In this document: positions 49,201-57,045 of the stretch, piece by piece
How the letters are laid out: every line of letters starts with the position of its first letter
Position numbering within the stretch: position 1 is the stretch's first letter
NCBI GenBank assembly: GCA_051439505.1
Contig: JBFRWI010000026.1
Span: 1-57,045 of the forward strand
DNA: 57,045 nt
Reading direction: 5' to 3'
DNA from: Hormoscilla sp.
GTDB taxonomy: Bacteria; Cyanobacteriota; Cyanobacteriia; Cyanobacteriales; Desertifilaceae
The notes under the pieces: generated by a model
What the model was told of the DNA's origin: nothing
The model's database searches: none
What the model saw: the letters and a program-made list of their open reading frames with translations, nothing else
Position numbers and translations under genes: made by a program

Positions 49201-49962
49201 ATGAAATTTGACGAATTAGATACTAAAATGCGGGTCTATGAAACGGCCCACGACCACTGCGTCCTTCCGGGAATATATATGGTAGCGCGGTTAGATGGGC
49301 GGAGTTTCACCCGCCTGACGAAAGAAGTGCATAAATTTGATGTGCCCTATGACGAGAGATTTAGAGACTACATGATCGCCACCGTAGAACATCTGATGAA
49401 CATCGGTTTGTACGTAATCTACGGATATACCCATAGCGACGAAATTTCCCTGCTATTCGATCTCCAAGAAAGCGCCTTCAACCGGAAATTAAGAAAACTC
49501 AACTCAGTGTTAGCAGGGGAAGCGAGTGCCAAATTTTCCTTACTATTAGGAAGCATAGCCTGTTTCGACTGTCGGATCTGCCAGCTTCCCAACCTAGAAG
49601 ATGTGGGAGTTTATTTCCGTTGGCGACATGAAGACGCCTCCCGCAACGCGATCAATTCTCACGCCTACTGGTGTCTGCGGGGAGAAGGCAAAAGCGCCAG
49701 ACAGGCGACTAAAATTCTGGATGGCAGTAATTTTTCTGAGAAAAACGAACTTTTATTCCAGCGGGGAATAAATTTTAACGACATTCCCAATTGGCAGAAA
49801 CGGGGAGTCGGGCTATATTGGGAGGAATACCAGAAGACGGGATTAAATCCCGTGACCGGGGAGTCAGTGCAAACCACACGCAAGCGCATTCACCGGGATC
49901 TGGAACTGCCCATGAAAGACGAGTACAGTCAGTTAATTCTGAATTTGGTTGCGAAAAGCTAG
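49201..49962 (+). CDS. tRNA(His) guanylyltransferase Thg1-like protein (3'-5' polymerase family)
   Basis: RLDGRSF, YTHSDEIS, FDCR, YFRWR, KNELLFQRGINFND and WQKRG motifs. Confidence 0.92.
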   Translation: MKFDELDTKMRVYETAHDHCVLPGIYMVARLDGRSFTRLTKEVHKFDVPYDERFRDYMIATVEHLMNIGLYVIYGYTHSDEISLLFDLQESAFNRKLRKLNSVLAGEASAKFSLLLGSIACFDCRICQLPNLEDVGVYFRWRHEDASRNAINSHAYWCLRGEGKSARQATKILDGSNFSEKNELLFQRGINFNDIPNWQKRGVGLYWEEYQKTGLNPVTGESVQTTRKRIHRDLELPMKDEYSQLILNLVAKS

Positions 49963-49998
49963 TTCTCGGGGGATATCTCCGGCAAGTTTTGCTCAATA

Positions 49999-50128
49999 CG
50001 GCGCAATGGTTGCAGGCAGCGGCGCAATGGTTGCAGGCAGCGGCGCAATGGTTGCAGGCAGCGGCGCAATGGTTGCAGGCAGCGGCGCAATGGTTGCAGG
50101 CAGCGGCGCAATGGTTGCAGGCAGCGGC
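49999..50128 (+). repeat. Perfect 21-bp tandem repeat x6 (CGGCGCAATGGTTGCAGGCAG)
   Basis: Units at 49999, 50020, 50041, 50062, 50083 and 50104; no spacers. Confidence 0.95.
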
Positions 50129-50253
50129 ACTATGAGTACCATAAACTGCGGCTTTGGGGGCAGTAAAGAATGTCATTTTCCCAAAAGCGCTTCGGATAAC
50201 CCGCCCAGAGTATATAATCACAGAGATCGGCGATCGGCAAAGGAGTGCCCACT

Positions 50254-50454
50254 ATGAACCCAGAAGAAAAACTCGAACTTGAAGATCTGGAAGGAACTAT
50301 ACAAAAAGCAGCCCAAATGTTGTTTGACAATCTCCCACTAGAAAAGATAGAAAGCATGGACGAGATAGAAACAACAGTGCAACACCTGCTATATGAAGAA
50401 ATTGCACCATTGCTCAAAAAACGTTTGTTAGATCGTCAACAGGAAATGGAATGA
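50254..50454 (+). CDS. Small protein resembling the N-terminal ORF of cyanobacterial ISKra4-type transposases
   Basis: MNPEEK...AAQMLFDNLPLEKIESMDEIETTVQH pattern; AAGGAG RBS; no transposase body follows. Confidence 0.45.
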   Translation: MNPEEKLELEDLEGTIQKAAQMLFDNLPLEKIESMDEIETTVQHLLYEEIAPLLKKRLLDRQQEME

Positions 50455-50554
50455 AAATTTAGACAATACGAGATTGCCCGACCCCCGCTGCCCGATCGCA
50501 CCCCAACCGGTTTTTTGGCCACCCGATCGCCCCCCCGATCGCGCAGACGGTTAA

Positions 50555-50620
50555 AGAAACCGGGTTTCTACAACAATTATTGCATCAAACCACCAGATCC
50601 TCAAAAGAAATCCGGTTTCT
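50555..50620. repeat. AGAAACCGGGTTTCT-type REP doublet
   Basis: Paired palindromes; related copies at about 12298-12362 and 27537-27568. Confidence 0.7.
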
Positions 50621-50730
50621 GGCCACGACTTATGGTGCGATCGCATTTATAATGATGCGATCGCACCGGACAATACACCGGTAGGGGCACGGCATCAACA
50701 GATTATCGGTATGTTACGGGATGTAACTAC

Positions 50731-50833
50731 TGCAGCGCGGCGGAAATAATGCACCAGCCGGAAGTGGCTCAAAGCCTTGCTCCCAAAGCATTTTGAATTC
50801 TGAATTTTGAATTTTGAATTCCGCGCAGCGGCA
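50731..50833. mobile_element. 103-bp MITE nested in a GTAGGGGCACGGC...GCCGTGCCCC REP (50681-50848)
   Basis: Imperfect TIR TGCAGCGCGGCGGAA / TTCCGCGCAGCGGCA; CTAC duplicated at 50727-50730 and 50834-50837; internal (AATTTTG)n. Confidence 0.7.
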
Positions 50834-50942
50834 CTACCGCCGTGCCCCGGGGCGACGGTAGATGCGGCTTCCGGCGATCGCCTGCGGAGGATGCTTGCGC
50901 GGAAAAATATAAAAAATTGACGATAATACCTAAGAAAAAGAC

Positions 50943-51935
50943 ATGAAAGCTAAGAAACTGTTGCAGTTATACGCCGAGGGACGGAGAGATTTCCGAGGCG
51001 AGAACCTTCGGGGACAGTCATTCAAGGGAAAAAACTTATCTGGGGCAGATTTCAGTGGGGCTGATATTCGAGGTGCTAACTTTACTAACGCTTATTTGCT
51101 AGAAGCAAAGTTTGTTGGGGCGAAAGCAGGGTTGCAAAAAAGGTGGGCAATTAGCTTGGTCTTGATAATCTGGCTGTTTTCGGGTATTTTCGGGATTTTG
51201 TCTATGGCTGGTGGAGCGTGTATAGGGTTGATAATGAGTCAAGAGGTAGAAAATATTATAGCTGGTTGGGTTTCCTTGGTAATCATAGTCATCCTCTGGA
51301 TTATCGTAATTCGGGAAAAAGAAGGAGCATACAATGCATATACGTTCAGTCATTTAATCGCCGTCATCGGCATCGCGACACAGTTCGTCGTAATCTTAGT
51401 CGTCGGCATCGCGACACAGTTCAACGCCGTCGGCATCGCGACAGGGTTCGCCAGAGCCGGGTCCATCTCCTTTGCCGCCTTAGTTGTAGTCTGCAACTTC
51501 TTCTTTGTCTTCTTCTTCGCCTTTATGGTCGCCGCCGCCTTAGCTGTCGCTGGAACTGTCGCTGGAATTGGAACTGTCGCTGTCAATTTTGCTCCTATTT
51601 TAGCAATCTTCAGAACTGGAATTGAAGCCAGAGGGGAAGCAGAAGCTGGAACCATTATTTTATCCGCCATCGGAGTCTTGATTTTATTAAGCTCGTACAT
51701 CGGCTGGCGCGCGATGGCAGGAGACCCCCGAAATGCTGGTATCCGCGCTTTTGCTATAGAATTGGCTGCGATCTGGGGCACCAATTTTTACCGGGCAAAC
51801 CTTACCGATGCAGATTTTACGAATGCCATCCTCAAAAGCACTGACATGATGAGCGCAAATCTCACCCGCACCTGTTTGAAGAACGCCATAAAACTAGAAG
51901 TTATTCTAAATATTTACTCCTATCCGAACCACTGA
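50943..51935 (+). CDS. Pentapeptide-repeat membrane protein, probably C-terminally truncated
   Basis: GRRDFRGENLRGQSF..ADFSGADIRGANF; low-complexity TM core with VGIATQF repeats; second pentapeptide block ends abruptly. Confidence 0.85.
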   Translation: MKAKKLLQLYAEGRRDFRGENLRGQSFKGKNLSGADFSGADIRGANFTNAYLLEAKFVGAKAGLQKRWAISLVLIIWLFSGIFGILSMAGGACIGLIMSQEVENIIAGWVSLVIIVILWIIVIREKEGAYNAYTFSHLIAVIGIATQFVVILVVGIATQFNAVGIATGFARAGSISFAALVVVCNFFFVFFFAFMVAAALAVAGTVAGIGTVAVNFAPILAIFRTGIEARGEAEAGTIILSAIGVLILLSSYIGWRAMAGDPRNAGIRAFAIELAAIWGTNFYRANLTDADFTNAILKSTDMMSANLTRTCLKNAIKLEVILNIYSYPNH

Positions 51936-52040
51936 ACGACTTCAGTCAGCAGTTAGAGTTGTCTGCTGGTCTGTACCGCACTGAACCGAAAATGAGAAAG
52001 TTTGAACCCCCGGCGGGCTAACAGCGAAGAGGACAGGTAA

Positions 52041-52305
52041 ATGGAAGATCGGGAATTAGAAAACCTGCTGAAGTATCTAGAATCAGATCGGGTGGAAAGT
52101 AGTCTAGCCGAAAAAAGACGGTAAAGGATTTACCCTTCGATCTGCGACCCTTATCATATGCTACAATAGAAGACTTGGATTTAGAACTTTTTAGAAGAAC
52201 CTATCTGCCAGCATCTTTACCAAGGGAAATTATTGCCGAAAATGAGCGATCGGTAGAAGAAAAACTCTACAGATATATTTGTAAATCACCAGCTGCACCC
52301 ATTTA
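52041..52305 (+). pseudogene. Collapsed AlbA_2/Schlafen-RecG-like ATP-binding protein gene
   Basis: MEDRELENLLKYLESDRVE joined to LAEKRR, then after a frameshift KDLPFDLRPL..TIEDLDLELFRRTYLP. Confidence 0.65.
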
Positions 52306-52346
52306 ATCACCTAGGGTTTATCAAAATATTGGTCTGTTTAGCTCAA

Positions 52347-52747
52347 TTATTCATTCCAGATTCTGTTAATTTGATAAGCATCGAAGGCAACATCTCTACT
52401 CAAAATTGGGATATTTTCTATAGAAGCTTGTGCAATCAAAAGTCGATCGAAAGGATCCTGATGATGAAAAGGTAAGGTGGAAATAAGTGCGAGATGATTT
52501 AATTTAATTGTCAGGAGTTCAAAATATTCTAGATTGAGCTTTTGTGTAATGTAATTTTCCAAATGTAAGGATATGGTTAGTTTTAAGTTTGCTTTTTGAA
52601 AGCTATATCGCCATTTCCCAAACACTAGCAATGCTGATAATTTTTTGATTTTTGATATCTTCCATCAGTTCCCGGACAGTATTGCTAAGATTCACATTAC
52701 CTGAAAAGAACCCCCATCTTGGCATGAGGATCGAGAAGATATTTCAT
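52347..52747 (-). pseudogene. vapC: VapC/PIN toxin pseudogene
   Basis: MKYLLDPH...SIASVWEMAI* then a frameshift to LPFHHQDPFDRLLIAQA..ILSRD; start overlaps the antitoxin stop (ATGA). Confidence 0.85.
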
Positions 52748-52971
52748 ACATAATCATTAAACTCTTCTAAGGGTTCATCAAAATCATCTGCTATGGCAAT
52801 CACATCTTTGTCCGATTCAAAAAGGGGGGGTCTTTTGTGAGGAGGATGCAGTGATACTAATTTAACCATAGGTTGGTTATTCTTCGTGATAATAATTTCT
52901 GTTCCATTGTATGCCATTTCTAGCAATTGGGACATTTGCACTAAGGCCCGATCGATGTCTAATATTTCCAT
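52744..52971 (-). CDS. Phd/YefM-like (DUF2281-type) antitoxin
   Basis: GTEIIITKNNQPMVKLV and IADDFDEPLEEFNDY. Confidence 0.85.
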   Translation of the reverse strand: MEILDIDRALVQMSQLLEMAYNGTEIIITKNNQPMVKLVSLHPPHKRPPLFESDKDVIAIADDFDEPLEEFNDYV

Positions 52972-53059
52972 GAATTCAGCTCCCTAACTGCAACCTTGGC
53001 CACACCCGCAAATGGTGGGTACCGCCCACCCTACAAATGCAACTTCAGTTAAGACTTCT

Positions 53060-54010
53060 CTAATTAGCCAAAATCCTGCGCATTTCACTCTCCACCCGAT
53101 CGGGATGTTCCAGCATCGACATATGTCCGCAATCAGGGATTTCCATCACCATCTCGCAACAAGAGTGAAACATAGGATGAAAACTAGCCAAATGCCGCAC
53201 GTACTTCGGATTCATCACCGGATCTTCCGCACCAGCAATAAAATAAACAGGCTGTTCCAACCGCGACACCAACTCCGGTAAGCGATGCACCTCATCTTCC
53301 GTCGTCGAATCCAGTAAAGTTCCCAGGGCCGCCTCTGGATGCGCCACCGCAAAATCAATCAACCGCTGACGCCCCCAAGAACGGGCGATCGGGCGGGCCA
53401 CCTGAGCCCGGGCAAACAGCAAATCAAGCAAAGGCAACTGACTTATCCACCTCGGTCGCCATTTCACCAATTGCTCGCCAGCAGTTCTAAATCGCTCAAA
53501 TTCTTCCTTCAGATAAATCCCGCCACCAGAGTTAACACAGATCACCCCCCGAACGCACTCAGGATATATCGACGCCCCCCAGAGAGCAATGCTACCACCC
53601 AGAGAATGACCGATCAGCCAAGCACTACTTATCCCCAGCTGTTCCAGCAAGACCGCCAAATCAGCAGCGTAGGCAGCCGGTGTATAGCAAGACCCTGCCA
53701 GTTCAGCACCAGCAACATCATCTAACTTCCCAGACCGGGACATCCTTTTACCATTGACACCCGATTTTCTAGTTAGCTGGGAATCACCAAACCCCCGCAG
53801 ATCGTAGCAAAGACATTGGTAATCTGGTGCTAACCTCTCGATCAGAGGTTGCCAATATCGCCGGCTCAACAGCCAACCGTGGATGAATACCAGCGTATGT
53901 CCAGTCCCAGTCTCCTCTGTTGTGCTTTTAGCGCTCTCAGGAGACACCGAAGCCGTAGGTGCCTTTAAATCGTAGGCGTGCGGGACGCCCAGAATATCGA
54001 TAGTTGCCAT
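53060..54010 (-). CDS. Alpha/beta-fold hydrolase
   Basis: FIHGW, YDLRGFGDS, GHSLGG nucleophile elbow and CGHMSMLE. Confidence 0.92.
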   Translation of the reverse strand: MATIDILGVPHAYDLKAPTASVSPESAKSTTEETGTGHTLVFIHGWLLSRRYWQPLIERLAPDYQCLCYDLRGFGDSQLTRKSGVNGKRMSRSGKLDDVAGAELAGSCYTPAAYAADLAVLLEQLGISSAWLIGHSLGGSIALWGASIYPECVRGVICVNSGGGIYLKEEFERFRTAGEQLVKWRPRWISQLPLLDLLFARAQVARPIARSWGRQRLIDFAVAHPEAALGTLLDSTTEDEVHRLPELVSRLEQPVYFIAGAEDPVMNPKYVRHLASFHPMFHSCCEMVMEIPDCGHMSMLEHPDRVESEMRRILAN

Positions 54011-54198
54011 ATTTCTATCTTATCCGAGCAAGTGCTCTCTATTGCCGATCCTCAAGAGCAATTTCACCTCTACTCCACCAAAGAGGGTATTACCCCACAT
54101 CCATTCCCTCACTCAATTGGATTACCATAGTTGTGCAAACAACCCATTCCCCATAATCTCGGGACCTCCCGACAGCCGCTCCGCCCGTCATACAGGCT

Positions 54199-54924
54199 CT
54201 ACATCAACTGGCCCAGCAACCTCTGCCGTACCCCCTCGGCAATCTTTTGTCCCAAATATTCGGGAATTAAACTCTCGTTAGGCCCTAAGAGGTAGAGAAT
54301 CAGACGAGTGCGTCCTCGCCAGACCAGCAAATTGGCATTCACCACCAGCAGATCCTCCTGCCAGATGGCATACATCACCTTATAGAACAAACCAGGTTGG
54401 TTATCTGCTTCGATCAGCAACGCCGGTAGATGGAAGACCGGATCCACATAAAATTCTGTCTCCACCTGTTCCAGACCGGCATCCAGATTAAATTCCACTG
54501 CCAGCATTTCTTCTACCTCAAAGTGGCCTGCCAGGGCTTCCCTGATGGCCCGACAGACATTGTCGGCAGTCTTATCCGTCAGGGCCTTGCCCCCACGGGA
54601 GACCACCAGTTTGATAAACACCAACATCGGCTGATAAATTTGACCATACAGACTCAAACTATGGATCGTCAGTCCGTAGGCAGCCAGGACGCCAAAAATG
54701 TCGCTCAGCAAAAAGGACTGGTTACGATAGGCAAAATGCAGGGCACTTTTAGAACCTTCGGGCCTCAATTCGATCACCGCCTGCTGAGTTTTGTAGAGCT
54801 GGTAGGCTAGCCTCAGGTTTTGCAATTGGATCTCGCTGCTGACAAATTGCTCATAAAACTGGGGAAACGCCCGGTTAAAGCGCTTCAGCAGTTCCTGTGT
54901 CGAGGGTTTTAATCCCTGGGGCAT
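54199..54924 (-). CDS. Conserved cyanobacterial protein with tandem ACT-like domains
   Basis: RNQSFLLSDIFGVL and ADNQPGLFYKV resemble GlnD-type ACT repeats. Confidence 0.75.
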   Translation of the reverse strand: MPQGLKPSTQELLKRFNRAFPQFYEQFVSSEIQLQNLRLAYQLYKTQQAVIELRPEGSKSALHFAYRNQSFLLSDIFGVLAAYGLTIHSLSLYGQIYQPMLVFIKLVVSRGGKALTDKTADNVCRAIREALAGHFEVEEMLAVEFNLDAGLEQVETEFYVDPVFHLPALLIEADNQPGLFYKVMYAIWQEDLLVVNANLLVWRGRTRLILYLLGPNESLIPEYLGQKIAEGVRQRLLGQLM

Positions 54925-55103
54925 AATGGAGAAGGAATGATACGGGAGGAGATCTACTCTTGCTCGCGGAAGAGACTACAAACCGCTATAACGGCTCTAG
55001 CAAACGCGGGAGAGCCATTAGCTGCCCAGAGCTGCGGGTGACCGCTCAAAGTATATACTAGCTAGTAATGTCTATTTAACTCTTACACCTTAATCACGCA
55101 TGC

Positions 55104-55634
55104 ATGGGTTTTTGGAAAAGCTTGTTTAGCAGCTCAGATACGACCGTCGCTCCTGGAAAAACACGCACACAGGAGTATATTGCTGCCTTAGATGCGGGGG
55201 GAAACGCCGGCAGTAGCGCACGCATTTTCTTCAGTACGGACCGGGAACTAGACCTGTACGAACTGGAAGAACTCTGCGATGCTGTCGGTTGGTCTCGGCG
55301 TCCCCTGCGGAAGGTCAAAAAAGCCATTCAGCACAGTTTTCTCGTCATTTCCATGTGGGAGGTCCGAGGCAAGCGTCGCCGGCTGATTGGATTTGCCCGA
55401 GCAACGTCAGACCATGCCTTTAATGCTACCCTCTGGGATGTGGTGGTTCACCCAGCTTTCCAAGGGAAGGGTCTGGGCAAGGCTCTGATGAAACAGATAG
55501 TTAGAAAACTGCGTAGCGAGGATATTAGCAATATTACCCTCTTTGCAGATCCTCATGTGGTCGATTTCTACCGGAATCTGGGCTTTATCCCAGACCCAGA
55601 AGGGATAAAAGGGATGTTCTGGTACCCAAATTGA
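55104..55634 (+). CDS. ycf52: Ycf52-like GNAT N-acetyltransferase
   Basis: [45 protein letters not shown] and GIKGMFWYP. Confidence 0.88.
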   Translation: MGFWKSLFSSSDTTVAPGKTRTQEYIAALDAGGNAGSSARIFFSTDRELDLYELEELCDAVGWSRRPLRKVKKAIQHSFLVISMWEVRGKRRRLIGFARATSDHAFNATLWDVVVHPAFQGKGLGKALMKQIVRKLRSEDISNITLFADPHVVDFYRNLGFIPDPEGIKGMFWYPN

Positions 55635-55871
55635 ACCAAAAAGGGACCGGCGGTCTCCAGCTCGACTCCCAAGATCGATCGGTGGGCACCGAAACTCCCC
55701 GTTAGGGAATCGATTGGGAGTGTAGTTCGATGGGTAAGAGAGCCAATTGTCTAGCCAGACAGCCAAAATCTTTCGGCTTGGTGGTTGTCAGCAAGGGTCA
55801 AACCAGGTTAACATAGAACTAGGGTGCTGACGGCATGCTTGCCCGAGTAGCAGGTGAAGATGAAAAAAAGT

Positions 55872-55901
55872 TTGCCACAATTGACGGCATTGGTATATAA
55901 T
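55872..55901 (+). promoter_or_regulatory. tRNA promoter
   Basis: TTGCCA-18 bp-TATAAT, 17 bp upstream of the tRNA. Confidence 0.65.
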
Positions 55902-55918
55902 CAAAGGTAGATGAAAAA

Positions 55919-55992
55919 CGGGATGTAGCGCAGCTTGGTAGCGCGCCTGCTTTGGGAGCAGGATGTCGCAGGTTCAAATCCTGTCATCCCGA
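55919..55992 (+). tRNA. trnP: tRNA-Pro (anticodon TGG), CCA not encoded
   Basis: Acceptor stem CGGGATG/CATCCCG, D-arm GCGC, anticodon arm CCTGC-TTTGGGA-GCAGG, T-loop GGTTCAAATCC. Confidence 0.97.
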
Positions 55993-56188
55993 CTCAATTG
56001 AAACCTACTCCACTGCTCAAAAGCAGGTACTTAACCAATCCGCGTAGTACTTTGAAACAAAGTTGAGATTTACTTTATGTCCCAATTTTGTCCCAATCAG
56101 GCAGTAAAAATGAATATTTACACCCAACTTCATCAACTCTTTATCAACAAGTAAAGATTCTGTAAATAGCTATTCCCCAATAAAAAAA

Positions 56189-56315
56189 CTAGAACACCGA
56201 TTCAGTATTCAGAATCCAGTCCAAATCTGGAATTTCGGGAGTTTTCAAAAGCCGAGATTTCGTTAGCTGAATATCCGAAAAAGTAGTTTTTGGCATTACT
56301 GAATGGGTGTTCTAG
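56189..56315. mobile_element. 127-bp MITE-like element with 19-bp inverted ends
   Basis: CTAGAACACCGATTCAGTA vs TACTGAATGGGTGTTCTAG (18/19). Confidence 0.7.
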
Positions 56316-56416
56316 GCACAACATAACAACTAGTTAAATCTTTCAAATCAAGGATTCACTCTGAATTTAGTTACAAGGAGCGATCGCATAATTCTATAGC
56401 TTAATCACAATACCAA

Positions 56417-56833
56417 ATGAGTTCAATGAGTTACTCGGATAGATGGATTGACGATCTGCTAAAATTCAGAACTCCTCGGACAGCTAAAGCCTTACAGGGT
56501 ATGGGTTTTGAAGGAAAAAATGAAAAAGTGTTCGCCCAGTCAAACCAAGGAAATTCGTATCAAGATAGCACTATCAGTTTGGATGATTTCAATCATCTAA
56601 TAACCTATGGCGCAATCAAAGGTAAGCAAAAAGCGATTGCATTACAAGCTGCACTAACCAAACTAGCCTTGACTGACTTTTTCCGAGATAGCTTTAATGA
56701 TGTTCCCCTAACTATCCAAGAAAAGCGAGCGCTTTTTTATAAAACCTATGCTAAATCTCTGAGTTTTGAGGACTGGTTAGAAATGGATAGAGAAGATGTA
56801 ATTGATTTAATCTTACCAGGGGATACAGATTAA
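56417..56833 (+). CDS. Hypothetical protein of probable mobile-element origin
   Basis: 138 aa in AT-rich DNA after the tRNA; the ISLDDF..LITY.A.KG..KA.AL pattern recalls phage/plasmid DNA-binding proteins. Confidence 0.55.
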   Translation: MSSMSYSDRWIDDLLKFRTPRTAKALQGMGFEGKNEKVFAQSNQGNSYQDSTISLDDFNHLITYGAIKGKQKAIALQAALTKLALTDFFRDSFNDVPLTIQEKRALFYKTYAKSLSFEDWLEMDREDVIDLILPGDTD

Positions 56834-57045
56834 GGAAATTAGACCCATGGTTTACGAGGATGGTCAATGGGTAGTAGCAACTCTCAATGACTACTAGAAA
56901 ATAGTTAAAGACTACCTTCACCTTCCCCTACCTACTCACAGCCCGACAAAATAGTTTAACCCTTGTCGCTTAACCGTCAACCCTTCCCTTACGGCTTCGC
57001 TACGCTACGGGGTATGACTGTTTAACCAGACTACGGGTTTCTTTT

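Noticed and set aside
49999..50128. CRISPR array, or real proteins from the ORFs crossing it (AAQWLQA, GAMVAGS, AAACNHC repeats)
   Set aside because: Head-to-tail identical units without spacers; the ORFs are open only because the unit lacks stops, and they overlap the Thg1-like gene.
50254..50454. Active IS element
   Set aside because: Only a short N-terminal-like ORF; no catalytic transposase region or matching ends seen.
1..57045. GCGATCGC over-representation as a novel signal
   Set aside because: This is the well-known cyanobacterial HIP1 octamer; used only as a taxonomic and amelioration cue.

Overview
This is a chromosomal window from a cyanobacterium, most likely a filamentous one: HIP1 GCGATCGC octamers are very dense, heptamer STRR arrays are present, and genes include DUF928, CHAT and ycf52-type. 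From left to right it holds: (1) a complete chemosensory cluster cheY-cheA-cheW-soluble MCP-PAS/HEAT-repeat protein-cheR-cheB-cheC, resembling myxobacterial Che7 more than cyanobacterial Tax/Pix systems; (2) a convergent multi-PAS/GAF histidine kinase; (3) a flavin disulfide oxidoreductase, TVP38/DedA and arsS arsenosugar-related group; (4) an envelope signalling locus TpsB-secreted TPR/CHAT protease-DUF928-(CHAT relic)-DUF928-two CHASE2 class III cyclases, the second carrying an in-frame MITE and lacking the catalytic Arg; (5) housekeeping genes (SDR, methyltransferase, ABC transporter, uvrA, hydrolase, GNAT); (6) an accessory zone at about 39-53 kb where small gene cassettes (putative toxin/immunity pairs, tandem RelE-like genes, a Thg1-like gene) are bracketed by 32-94 bp direct repeats, with several pseudogenes; and (7) tRNA-Pro(TGG) followed by a probable island boundary. 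Many MITE/REP-like elements occur, several with visible target-site duplications. Family assignments come from motif recognition by eye; no searches were run.
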